A stretch of 63,857 nucleotides of DNA, the filler included, from Reclinomonas americana ATCC 50394 (lineage: Eukaryota): NCBI GenBank assembly GCA_048213135.1. It is 15 parts of 15 records of this genome, joined end to end, with 100 filler letters (N's around TTAATTAATTAA, not from the genome) between each part and the next. Parts side by side here need not be neighbours in the genome. Positions count along the whole stretch, not along the records: positions 44,921 to 47,653 come from AFZH01024022.1; positions 47,754 to 49,189 come from AFZH01024023.1; positions 49,290 to 63,857 come from AFZH01024024.1; 12 more parts are not named here. One strand, given 5' to 3'. Below, one piece after another: positions 47,332 to 60,301 of this stretch. Under the pieces are notes generated by a model, which did not search any database, had not been told where the DNA came from, and was given only the letters and a program-made list of their open reading frames with translations. The translations under genes and the position numbers were made by a program. Each line of letters starts with the position of its first letter. Positions within the stretch are counted from its first letter, which is position 1.

Positions 47332-49306
47332 GCAGAAACCAAGATCGAGAGAGTGGGTGCCTCCACAGGCCAACGCTTGACAGACGTTCGCGATCCGATG
47401 AAAAACAACAAGCTTCACCGATCGCTCGTGCAGTGGAGGCGCGAGGAACATGAAGCCCAACGGACACACGGTCTCGCACAACAAGCAGAGACACATCTAG
47501 ATCCATGATGACAGAATGGGACAGGAAGAGTGAGACGGGGAGAGCGCGCGCGGGGAGGGAGGGGGAGAAGGAGAGAAAGAGAGAGATTGCCATCATCTAA
47601 TGATCTCACCCCAAAGCCAGCTGCTCGTCCAAGGTGCCGCTGCCACTCCCCACNNNNNNNNNNNNNNNNNNNNNNNNNNNNNNNNNNNNNNNNNNNNTTA
47701 ATTAATTAANNNNNNNNNNNNNNNNNNNNNNNNNNNNNNNNNNNNNNNNNNNNGGCATGGCTGCCGCCTTCCGCAACACTGTGAGAGTCACGAAGCATCA
47801 TCAGAAATGCAGAACGACAACAGAGACTCGCCGAAGAAGAAACTTGCGCGCGCTCACCTCATCGACAAGAAATGAAACGTAACGGCACGAAACTTGCGCC
47901 TTCTTTACATGAAGAACACTAGCACTGACTGACAGGCACTCCGGGTCAGCGCCGCCGCGCACCACCCGCTGTTGCACCACAAGCCGCACCTGCAGGCGCA
48001 CCGGCATGCACAATCGCCGTGAAATCGGAAATCTGCTTCCGAGTCGAAACCCACGTGACCGAAGCGCCTGGCAACTCGCCGCACCACAGTTATCGATGTA
48101 CACCACTCCCGCAACACCTCCCACGACCAGCCTGACAGAAATCTACCCCACAAAAAGTCACTGCATTCTTGTGTAAAACACAATCGACACGCATCGGAGA
48201 TTTGCATCTCAAATTCGTTTTCAACACTCTGAACCACGTACCACAACACACACCTTCTCGACACCAAAGTCACACGAAAGTGACAAGTGCGGCATCATAC
48301 GCAACGCAACTCGAACAATCAGACTTCGCACTCCGGTTCCAGAATGCAATACATGACACTGCCTGCTGTTTGTGTGCACAGAGAGAGAGAGAGAGAGAGA
48401 GCGCGCACACTTCCAGCTTCCTCACAGGACACTGAATGCATCGATCATCGCCGTCAATCCCTACCGAATGCAAACACACGCACACACTCTCTCTCTCCCC
48501 TGTTGAGTGATGCATCTCCACTGAGTTCCCAATACCTCCTCGTCTCAACTCACCACTTTACAAATCTACTCGCGACCCTGGTTTCGACTCGGTCGCCTTA
48601 TCATCCTTGCCCCTCCTCTTCTTCTTCTTCTTCTTCTCATCCTTCTGTTGCTGCTTCTGCTGCCGCTTGCTCTTCTTCTTCCGCAGCTTACGTGGACGCA
48701 GCGACATGGGCACCCATGGGCGTGAATCAGTCGTTCTCCACCGGCTCCTTGCCGGCGTAGGGTACGAGTGATGCAACCGCGGTCGCCACTTCTTTTCTCC
48801 CCACGGTCGACTGGTAGCGGGACGGCACGCGCGAGGGCTCATTCGGATCAATGTTTCGGAGAATGCCCCTCTTCATACCCAGGTCCACCGCGTAGTCTTT
48901 CAAGTCGGCATCCGGCGTGGCCCTGTCGAGCGCACAGCGCAGTGATGAGGGGTGAGAGTGGAGGAGGGAGAGAGAGGTGTGTGTGAGAGAGAGAGAGACA
49001 TAATCGACATTCGTACCCGCTACTCCCGCACCAGTTGCACTCGCTCTTCACCACTTCCGCATAGCTACTGCAGGCCGGCATCAACCCAAGATCTGCATGT
49101 GGCAGAGGGTGAGGCTTTACACTCAAGAGAAGACGACGAGCAGCCAGTAGGGACGCTGACAACACGCACACACATACGCAAACAAGTACNNNNNNNNNNN
49201 NNNNNNNNNNNNNNNNNNNNNNNNNNNNNNNNNTTAATTAATTAANNNNNNNNNNNNNNNNNNNNNNNNNNNNNNNNNNNNNNNNNNNNCCCTATCACAA
49301 CACTGA

Positions 49307-49651
49307 CAAAATCTTGGATAATGAAAATAGCTTATGGGAAACCCTTATGGAGTTTTTGCCATGGTAAATATGTTGTCCTTGTTATCCTTACCACATTCAC
49401 CGAAAAAAAAAGGTGAAAAAAGCGTTGCCTCCTCCGGCAGAACGATGTTCAGTTTCCGGTCACATTGCCAGTTTTTGTAACGAATTCGGACACACTATTA
49501 TGCTTGCCCAAGGTCACGTATCGCGTTTTACGGCCACTTTTCGCTTGCATCGTGTTGGCAACGTGGCAATACACCTAGTGATATGTTGCGATCGTCGGGC
49601 AGGTCATCCTAAGTTGTGGTCATGTGGCTCACTGAGTTATCCAAGATTTTG
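49307..49651. repeat. 15-bp perfect inverted repeat in an AT-rich contig end
   Basis: CAAAATCTTGGATAA (49307-49321) and TTATCCAAGATTTTG (49637-49651). Confidence 0.85.
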
Positions 49652-51449
49652 CAGGAATCGTGGATAATTACGTAGGGTTATGGCATATTTCTCAGAATAG
49701 GCCATATTTTGCAGGCTGCACCCCGCGCCCGGGCGGGCTACCGCGCGGCTGCCGCCACCACGCCTTCACCACTGCATACTATGATATGATGACATCCAAA
49801 AAGCATATTCATTTATTCAGCACCACACAAAACCTCCCCAATAAAAACTCTGCGATCCCAAATGACTTAGAAGAAAAAATGGCACCATAGTCACCATTGG
49901 TAAACACGATACAGGCACAGGAACACAGAGTCGCGAAACCGCCACCACATACCGTGCAGTCTGGATCCACAGAACTGTCGAAACTTGCATCCTACATCCG
50001 CACAAACCTTGGCACACTGTCGGCACGGCGCGCGGGTTGCAATTGTCTGCAGATCTGGATCAAGAACACGGCGATCTGCAACTACCAGTCGTTCACGATC
50101 AGCAAAGCGCAGTCGCGTTGCCAGACAAGTGATAGTGGCATGTGAGCGCGTGCACCCAGTACTTGCATGCACCTGGAAAATGTCAGAGTACAAAGTCGTC
50201 TTCGAGTGAACGCAACTCCATCGCGGCATACACTTGTTGCACTGTGGCAAGAGGTCAGCGCTTGCGCACACAGACACAAACACACCTCGCGCACGCCGAC
50301 CGGTGAGTTGCAAGACTTGTGGTGTCATCGCGGCACAGGGTGTCTCCGAGTTGTCTAACACACCGGCAGCACTTTGCGCGCGCCGCATCGGCCACCGCCG
50401 CTGCAGCTATTGCATACGTACTCACGGCACCAGATACGCAGCGCTCGGTGCGGCCAGCGCTCCGCAGCGGTGAACGTGCACACTGGCCAGCTTGATGCTG
50501 TAAGACAGAGATCACGTACCTTGCGGCAACTTGACGTCAACACGCGTGACCTCTCGCAGTCATGTGCATGAACTAGTTCACGCACGAGGGTGATAAAGAG
50601 GTCTGAGCAACACACTCACCGAGGCGGCTGTGGGCGCGCGTCTGCAGATCAGCCATGTTCCCGCGCGCGGGAAAACACAAGAATGCTCATCCCACACACG
50701 ACGCCGACACGCAGGCACTGAGTTGCGGAGTGGTACACGTGCACCACTAAAGAGACGGCAAGCGCCACAACAGAGCAAAAAAATGCAAGAGAGTGTCGCA
50801 CAACAATCTCCGAGTGTGTGCGCGCCAAAATGTGTGTGCGTGCGTGCATTGCGGGTACTCACACCAGCCACACGCAGCAGCGCGTGAAGCACCCGAGTCA
50901 CACTCTTCACCAATGAACACTCACCAACGAAAGGCGCCAGCCGTGCAGCACCGCAGTCGAGTTGTCGCGCGCTTCCTGCAATGTCGACGACCGGAGCACG
51001 CGCACGCGCCCCACCTCCCTTCGCTTCGCCAACATGCACGCCAGGGAAATGTGGGCAAGACACACGCAACGGCACAGCACGCGCACTTACACACACCGGC
51101 GGTAGCGAGAGCGCGCCAACATGTTGGAAACAAATAAGCAGTCGGTTGGCTTGGTCTGATGTCGGAAATTCACACTGAAGTCAGATGTCGGGAGCCAGCG
51201 ACGCCTCTCGGTACGTCGTCGAGCATGTGCTGTGTGTGATTGTGCATGTGTGTATGTGCACACATGCGTGCTTTCAGCATTACACACACGCATTCTCTCA
51301 CACATTTTCCACTGCATGTGAAAAGACAGTCGCACGCACGCCACTCTGTCATGTTCTGTGACCTATTGGCATGGCTTTGTTGAGCAGGGACTCGCGGCTG
51401 CAAGCCGACGTGTTGGCAGTGGGTCGGCAGCTGCGGAATTCTGCATTGG

Positions 51450-53529
51450 ATGCCAGTGGAGGTGCTCATTGTGTCACTCGCTGGATGCATGTGTCCCCGC
51501 ATTCACGAGCTCTGCTTAGAGCCCCTCTCCGAGGCCAGCACTCGAGCGCGGCAACTTGAACGTGTCGACGATATTGTCGCTGCAATGATGTGCAACTATC
51601 TGGCGATGCAGCGGCGTGTCGTCGCCAGTGAACAGACGGTGATTCCGCCTGAGCTGCAAGCGAGTCTCGGCAAATATGTTGAAGCGTATGACGAGACACT
51701 ACGCGAACTGTGCGTCACTACCTCGAACTCTTCGACTGCACACACGACGGCCGCTTCCGAATCCAGTGCGCAGGCCCAAGAGCTGCCGAAGCTGTCCATC
51801 ATTCTTGCTGAAGACGGGTTGCTGAGAACGTTTTGTACCTGCTTCAGTCGAATGCAGTCGGCCCCAAGGATCTCGGAGTCAGCAAGCGGTGTGGCACAAG
51901 CTGGCAATGGGCCGTCGGCCCGCCGGCATGCCGGTGACGGTGAGTCGTCTGCCCGCTATGCACTTCGGTGTGGTTGTATTCCTCATATGCATCCACTCTC
52001 ATTTCAGTCAGCAGCAGTACTGCATCGGTTCCTGCAGTATCGGCAGCGTCGCAGTCGATAGCACCTGGTCGCCAGCCACCGAATCGGCAACAGCGCGCAA
52101 GCGCTGCGGCTGTGCCCGAGTCCATCGATCTGTCCTCTGAATCTGTTACATCCACGGCAGCCGCTCCTGCTGCTGATGTTGCAGACATCTGGCCACCGCC
52201 GCATTCTTCGCCTGCTATGCAATCTGCGGCGATTAGTCAGCTAAAGGTGATCTTCGATCTTATATCATTACGATGCTCGTGGTTCACCAATGTTTTTCAC
52301 TGTGTGTGTCTTTGCTGCACAGAAAGTGTATTTGAAGCTCCTGACGGCGAAGGAGTGGAACAGACTCGGTTTCAATTCGACCGTCAAGTTCACCGATTTG
52401 GAGACAAAAGTATGGCCAAGGTATATCGAGGCGTCTTGTCTTTGTGTCCAGTTGTACGTGCACGCGTGTGTTGATAATTGTTGACTGCAGCGCAAGTGCG
52501 ATGAGATCACGGTCGGATATTGAATATCTAACAGACGAACAACAACAGGCGGTTCTCCAGCTGGTGGAAGCGTATGTCAACGATGGCAGCGGCGACGGCT
52601 CTGTCTGCGCGTGGAATTTGGTCATGCACGGTGTGCCACCAACACGGAGCCACCTTGCGTCAGCTGTTTGCGGTCGTCTGACCGAAGTACGGTCGCGATT
52701 TCGATCGGCGACGTCGGCCGCACGTCGTCAAGCAGCCGACGGCGGCGTTGACACAATCGATCTTGTTAGCAGCGATGCCGTTGCCAACGTTGCCAGCGCG
52801 AGCCAAGGCCAGCCGGCATTGCCACCGGCGTTGCCGGTGCAGGCTGCGCAACGTTTACTGCCGACGTCGTCTGTGTTGTGCATCGACCATCACGAGCCGC
52901 CACCATCCATGATACCGGCTTCATTATCTTCTGCGGCTCCTGTGGTGCAACAACTTCAGTCTCAACCCCAGCAGAGCTCGAGGCCACCTGGCCTGCAGTT
53001 GGAGTGTGCGGGTGTGCGTTCATTGGAGCCGCTGTCGACGTTGCACGCCGTGGCACCGCTCTTGACGTCAGCAGCCGTCCCACTTGTGGTAGCGGCGGCG
53101 GCTGCACCTGCAGCGATTGTCGAGGTACCGCTACCACCACCACCGCCTCCTCCAGCGGCACTGTTGGTGCCACTAGCGCCACCGGTAGCGCCACCACCAC
53201 CGCCACTGCCTCCACTGCCTCCAGCGGCCCCATCAGCGCCAATGGTGTCACCGCCACCACCACCACCACCACCACCACCACCACCTCCTCCTCCTCCTCC
53301 TCCTGCGGCACCAGTTTCCCTGCCATCGGCAGCGTTGCCGCCGGCGTCGGTAGTCGAACGAAGGCAGTCTAATCGTCGCAGGAGAGAACCATCTCCGCCA
53401 CATATCGTGTCTGTACCACCGCCGGCCACGAAGCGACCGAGGACTCGTGGCAGTGGCGGAGTCAGCCCGCAGCCGGCAGAAGGCGGCTCGAGCTCCAGTC
53501 GATGCCTCAGAAGCAAGAATGAGTTCTAA
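51450..53529 (+). CDS. Hypothetical spliced protein with a proline-rich C-terminus
   Basis: Protein-like ORF segments (51450-51940, 52000-52246, 52323-52431, 52491-53529), a poly-Pro tract, and a basic NLS-like PATKRPR. Start unknown. Confidence 0.4.
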
Positions 53530-53623
53530 GTATGCTAGAGCGTCTCCCCCTTACCCCTCCCCCCTCATCCCACAATGCAATGCAACGATACACAGTCAAT
53601 GTGTGTCCATTCATCTATTTCGT

Positions 53624-56600
53624 TTAATCAACGACAAGATCTGCGGCACCTGCGGGCGCCTGCGCGGGCTGCGGAGGTTGTCCCACGGCGTCTGGGCCCA
53701 TGTCAAGCAGGTTGACTCTGTCAGGGTCAATAAGAAACCCACGCAGATCCAGCCCCATGTCTCCCACCACTGAACAGTGCGGGCGGACACCGAGGCGTTG
53801 GAGGAGATCGGTGAGAAAGATCTTCCGTCGAGCTGCGTCTTGAACTTGCAGGGCCACCTCTGGCGACTGCTGCACCAACGCTGCAACAATCCTGAAGACA
53901 CGGAGACTGCACAACAAATACCCACAGTCAGTCATGCCCCACTGCAGCTGAACGCATTGTCGACTCGTGACGCGCGCGCAACTGAAACACAGCTCGCAGC
54001 AAAGCGTCAATCCGGTCCTCATCATGTGCCGTATCCAATACTGCGACGAACTCACGCCTACTTGCATGGTTGCCAAGCCCAGCGATGAACACGATGCCAG
54101 ATTGTTCTTCAATTTCCTCGGTAGTGCACCGTCTGTATAACCTGCGAAGTTCGTCAAGACGCAGCCGGTCGCGACGGATATCCGCGTCGGCTACACTGCT
54201 GGCGACACGGGCGCTGCGGTAACAAGACAATGAGTGGACACCTGAGCAATGTTGAGAGTAATATAAATGGTGAATGCCGATGTACGCAACTCAAGTGCGA
54301 GGGCTGCCCTCTCCAACAACAACATCTCTCGGACGTCGACCCGCGAACGGTCATCACGACAAAAGAAGTGATCGTCGACAATAATCTCAGAAGCCGGAAT
54401 GCTGCGCGGGTCTCCAAACTCAAGCAGGCGATCCTGCATCTCGGTAACTTGTCCATTCGCAGACACCGACGGCCCCAGGTAGCCTGTACATGTATGCACG
54501 AAACACAGATTCACGACCACGTGAGTTTGATTGATGCCGGTCCATCGACACACATATGTGTGGAAACGCGCGCAACTGCTTGGCAATCCGTCGTCAGAAA
54601 CAATAGACCGCGCCAGAACTGGAGGAACCGATAAAGTCATGAAGCCAAACTGACTAACGACCGCTCCAGCCCACACGAGTATGTTTCCGTCGCGGAGCAT
54701 GTTCGAAATGTCGAGAATGTGTGCTGGCAGGGAAGCCGACAGGTGCGACAAGACGTCGTCGCCGGCGGACACATCCGTGAACGGAGTGAAGACGAAGAAT
54801 ACGTTGAACCTCCACATCACCGGCACGGTTTTCTGCACACGCACGCCATCCTCCTCGACAATACGGTCTACGCACAAAAAAAACATGTTCATCAGCAACG
54901 AGTCGCGTGTGACAGACGAGCGCCCAGGCGAATGCGCATGCGGTACTGACCTCGAACTGTCAGTGCGCAGTCGATGAAGGAATTTCTGAGAAACGGAACC
55001 ACGGGTCGACCGAGGGATTCGCACACCTGGTCGACTTGCTGCTGGCGCAGCGCGATATCTGCAACACGCCCGACAGCATGCAACAGAATTCGACGAACAC
55101 GCCCATATACCAGCCGAAAGGGAGAAACAACTGGCCACAGATCCATGCATGGAGCAACACAGTAGGATCAGCAACTGCGCACTGCAATGACATGAGGGGC
55201 GCTCGCGTGCACATACCGTCCACAGGGGCAGAAGCCGGGTCGGCACTCGTCGGATCGTATGCCGGATTTATCATCGCGACCACAACCAGAGAGTCGTCAG
55301 TCGGCAGAGTGAGCAGACTGTTCGCGTCTGGGTGGCCGGCGGCACCGGCAGTGTCGAGGCCAATTTCGTCCACTGGAGGGGCTCGATTACCAGCCTGCCG
55401 GCGGTACTCGGCAAGCGATTCAACCGAGGTACGGTCCTTCATATCGCTCGCCGTGACGCGGAACTCGCCGTAGCGAACGTAAATGGACCGGTGCTCGATG
55501 TACATCACGGCACCTGTTCGCTGCAGCACCTGTTCACGCACACAACCAGACAGGATCAAAAACAAGCAGTGTACGGGGACATCGCGCGCAAGAGTACTCA
55601 CGTTGACAGTGAACTGAGGAAAGCCTGAGTGACTGTACAGCAAGCTCAACGCCTGCAGCATGTCGGGCGAGAAGGCGCTGTCCGATACCTTGACCTCTGG
55701 AGGTCGGTACTTGGAGAAGGTGTGCAGGTACTTTCGGTCCATACCAGGTACCGGGAGTCTCGGCAACAGGATGCGAGACAGTCTCGTTGTCAGCTTATCC
55801 TGGCGCACCTGTCCATACAGCGCCTCCCGATAGTGGAGCGAATGGCAGAGGAGCATGTAGCCAAAGTTCAATCGCGAGACCTTGTCGGCTGTCGATGCAG
55901 GCATGGTGATGCTGTGTGCTCGTCTCAGCGTCTGACCCATCAGGCCCTCGGCAGCGAACAGAGAGGAGATTGTGCTGGCGCCAGCCATGCTGTGCGTGTA
56001 CAGTGCGTCGATGCGAACGAGACTCGACAGAGTAAAGATCAGCAACGCGTACCTTCTCGTCTCCACGGCATGTACGCAGAGAACGTGCACACTCGGAGTG
56101 CAAAGAGCTGCAACAAAGAGTCGAAAAATGAGTACGCACGACGTGAGAGCGCACCACCCACAAACTCAAGCCTACACACCCGGCGACAACTCCTCCAAGA
56201 GAACGCCAAGACGCATACTGTTGACGCGCATAGTTCGCGCCACGAGTCGCACCATGTCACTGTCTTCCGGGAATAGGTGCTGAATTTCGCCAACTGCAAC
56301 TCGGTCGTCAAACATGAATGTTGCCGTGACGTCACGGACGACGGCGCTGAACTCGGTGACAATGTTGTGCAGTTGAACATCGACGAGGTCGAACAGCGCC
56401 AACGGAAGAATGAAAAGGGCAAATGTTGCCTTCACAGTACCGCCTGTCCAAGTGAATATATGCGCACTCGACACGGTAAGCGCGCGCGAGTGGCATACGA
56501 AGAGACACCACACACACACACACACGTATTCGCGTACCACGCAAGCGACCGATCTTGGTGAGTTTCGCAGGGTCTTCCAGCTCCCGAGCACGGCGGTTGG

Positions 56601-59600
56601 AGTATTGTGAGGGTGTCGTTGCATTGCACATGCGATTAGTAAACACATCCCGACTGGTTCCAACCAGCCCGAAGCGATACGGGTCGCGTGGTACGTCCGC
56701 TGCAATTGGCAACAGTGAGCGGACATGTGAGGCGCACATTTGAAGGCAGTTCCGCGCACTGTGACCAACGCACCTGGTTGAAGACCAACGCCATTGTGTC
56801 GCACCAAACGGTCTGCAAAGTGTTCAGTTCGGTGTCGTGGAGCGAGGTCTGCGCGCAATAGTGATAGTCGAGAAAGGGAGAAGAAAGTATGAACTGCACG
56901 GTTCCACACGCACAGCCTGAGCTCTGTAGAACGACAACACACCGTGCAACGCATCCAGCGCGACGTCAGCATCCTCGCCTTGAGCACCCACCTCGACCAG
57001 CTGGTCATCGTCCGAGTCATCGTCGCCGGCGCCATCGACAACACGAGGTGCACCTCTAGCGTCCTCGCGTCGCGCCGCGTGCTCACTTTCCAGTCGTCGA
57101 CGCTCCGCGAGACGATTGCTCATCCGAACGAGAGCGGGCGCTGCAGCGTCGATTCCCGCATCTCGAGCAGGAGGAGCCACGTCGCCGGGAGCGTTTGGCA
57201 CAGCGCGAGCGCGGGCGAGGTCACTCAGCTCCGGGGCGCCGATCACCGGTTGCCCACGGCCTTCGCGAAATTCAGCACTCGACGTACTGATTCGAGCACC
57301 ATTCGGCTGCAAGACGACGCGCAGCACCATCTTGCCACAATTACTCACGACATGGAGAGCAACGTCACTGTGCCACAGGAACAGGATCAGCACGCGCAAA
57401 GAACACGTTCACCAAACACACTATTTCGAATCCGTGCGCGCAACTGATGGACATGATTTTGTTCCGCCTCCTCAACATAGTCCACACTGATCAAGCTGCA
57501 AAAGGGCGTCAACATGCTGTAGACAGTGCATGGGATTCCGCAAGCACCCACATACGTATACGAATCCCAACGCAACAAGTCAAACCCATCTCGAACGAAA
57601 AGGCCGGGTCCGGCCCCTGAGCGGCCTTCTCGGATATAACGGCTGTCCGCGTTGCTTTTCAACAGCCGCCACAGCACATCGTTGACACCGGGAGGCAAAA
57701 GATGCTCAGGGTCCTCGTCGTCCCACCGGTGTGACTCTGCAAGATGCGCGAGGAGGCTCTGCTCCACAGGGCCACAGCCAGCGGCAACTGTCGTTCTCGC
57801 ATGACGAAAATGGCGTCCAACAAGGAAGCACAGGTCGCAGAAATGCACATATGGATGGTCAGGTTTGCCGTCACTCGCAGCCTTTGCCTGGACGACGCAG
57901 GCTGCCATTGAGCGGAGAGTGCGATGGGAAACAATACAGAGTATTCACACACCTTTCGGTCACCACTGTGAGAAAAGTTTAACACCTTCACAGTTCGCAT
58001 CACGAACTCAGCACGAGGGTGTGCATGGACATCTGCTGCTGCTGCTGCTGCTCCTCCTCCTGGTGCTGGCTCTGGATCGTGCACAGCCATGTCGATTCCT
58101 GGAGCCAGAGAGAGAGAGAGAGAGTGAACACCAAAGAGGGAGTGCATGTCTATAGTAGACAAAGCAACGCACCGTCACGCAGAATTCGCAGCTCATCGCC
58201 AATGAGGCGGAATATAGCTGCGTTGTTGTTGATGTGGCGGTGAGGGCCATCTTCAACGGAGTTGTTCAGCGAAGCAGCATTCCAGATAAACCCGGATTCC
58301 CCGCGCATAGCGGGTGGCAACGACGGAATCGTTCCAACCACAACAGTGACGCTATTGGGTGACTTGTTGGCCGTAATCGGGTCCACAGAGTAATTTACGA
58401 GGTACGTATGCTCGTCGTCTGCCGTCACTAGCCCTCGTTGCCACATCGAGTCGTACGTGTGGCCGTCGGAGACGTCACAGACAAGGTGGTCAACAATGCC
58501 TGGCCGATGCACTGCTCGCCACATCTCTGAATCTCGCACTCCAGGCACAATCGACTCCGCAACCTCGATGTCTGCATCGAACTACGCGCGTTGTGTTCAG
58601 AACCCACACAGCTGGTGGACATGATGCACAACGGAGTGACTCACCTCCGCAGCAAATCGCTGTTCATTTGCACACTTTCGTGTGTAGTTTAACGCCTCTC
58701 GCAACTCACGTCGCAACAGCATCAACTGAAAAATGACTGCAGTTGGCGTGTAAAACAGAATCACCTTTGGTTTCGGATTGGCGACCGCAGGATTGCCACT
58801 GTGCGTGCACGTGTACAAAAGCGAACGCAGTAAGAACCGGATCACGGATGCGAGACACGGGCGCGGAGGGGTTGGAACGCAACGAGAACAACTTCTCTCC
58901 ACAAAAACACTCTCCCGGACGGCCACCTTCGTACATGGGAGCGAGCGATGCGTTCTTGTACGCTTTCGCCACATGATTGTCGTTCACAGTGGCGGCTTCG
59001 GTGATGATGAACACGGCTTCTGGGCAGCATGGGGCGGGATGCCGGGGACACACGACACAGATATACACCGGAGGCATCAGCGGCTTGGCGTTTGTCATCA
59101 TCCCTGAATATCAGAGCGCATGAATCAGCCGATCAACAGAGCAGCAACTGCAGCAGTAAGCAAATGCACCTTGAAAGCTGGTATTGCAGTCAAGCTTCGG
59201 CACGCCGTCGGGTCTGGCAAAAGCGTTCAAAAGGGTAACAGAGTCGTACGCGCCCATCTCAGGCTCGCGGTGGTTGAAATATGTGGCCCGGAGCAGGGCG
59301 ATCACAAAGTCTGCACGATGGAGCACTTGTGCGGCTGGCTGGCCCCGCTCCAACTCGCGAACGTACTCCTCGTGGCGATGTCGGACTCCCTTGAGCGTGG
59401 TCTCCACTGTGCTCAGCAGCACGTGAGCGAACACGAGCACCAGGTGACAACACGACATGACAGCAGTACGCAACATTTGTGTTTCGTCAGCCGAAAGTAT
59501 TCATGAGGTACGTTGCGTTCGCGATCCAAAATTCGAAACGCATCATCCTGCTGCACGAGTGGTGGACCGAAAGGGGATACCAATCCGCGCCTTCGAGGTC

Positions 59601-60196
59601 CAAAAGGTGCGCCAATAAGTGGTCCCTCGTCATCACTGCTGCTGCTGCTGCTGCTGCTACTGTCAGCACTCCCGTCGCCGTCATCGTCCTCAGCTGGGCG
59701 AAGCATTGACGGCGGCATGTCTGGCAAGCTTTCTCTCCACTCCGCATTGGGGTCGACTCGAATTCCACCATCCTCCAGGTCCTCTTGCATGGCTTGGAGC
59801 TCGTCGCCAGCCTCACGTGGCAACGGTAGGGCGACCGAAGCCACTGGTACCATATCGAGAGGAGGCCTCGCCCGTGCACTCGAGCGCACACGTCGGTGCT
59901 GGGATGGCGGTGCCAACAGTCCCTGCCGCTGACCGGCAACAGGGCCCTCTCGCTGTGAGCGTCTGGCACCGGCGGCCGGATTGACGACCTCGGGTGGTGC
60001 GTCAGAGGGAGCACGCACATCCGCAGTAAGAGACAATCTGCACCAAGAAAGTGAGCGTGACGACGCATGTACTGGATCACTTGGCAAACTGCATGCATGG
60101 GCACACACGCAACAAAAACGATTCATCATCATCATCATCTCCACCACGATCATCGTCATCACCATCATCGTCCGCATCCTCATCCGAATTGTACAT
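53624..60196 (-). CDS. Intron-containing CACTA/EnSpm (Tnp2-like) DDE transposase
   Basis: Ordered motifs: CVVC...CFCG, FYTPTAVIFQLML, DVSDGHTY, VNYSVDP...SLPPAMR, DELRILRDG, SGDRK...FCDLC, SDVALH and SLFAAEGLMG. Ends approximate. Confidence 0.6.
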
Positions 60197-60301
60197 ACAA
60201 CGAGTGAGAGCATCAGGCGATGGGAGGTGAAACTGAGTCCTGGCTGGCCTGGCAGACACCGTCGACGCGGATGCAACTGCAGCGAATGATGGTGGCAGAG
60301 T

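Noticed and set aside
47754..49189. PHD/zinc-finger gene
   Set aside because: Scattered Cys pairs and exon-like pieces are present, but I could not assemble a coherent spliced domain.
53130..53310. Formin/WASP call from the poly-proline tract
   Set aside because: No FH2 or WH2 domain follows; low complexity only.
59571..59580. Second U12-like donor GTATCCCCTT (minus strand)
   Set aside because: Imperfect consensus, lies inside an open frame, and no matching branch site was seen.
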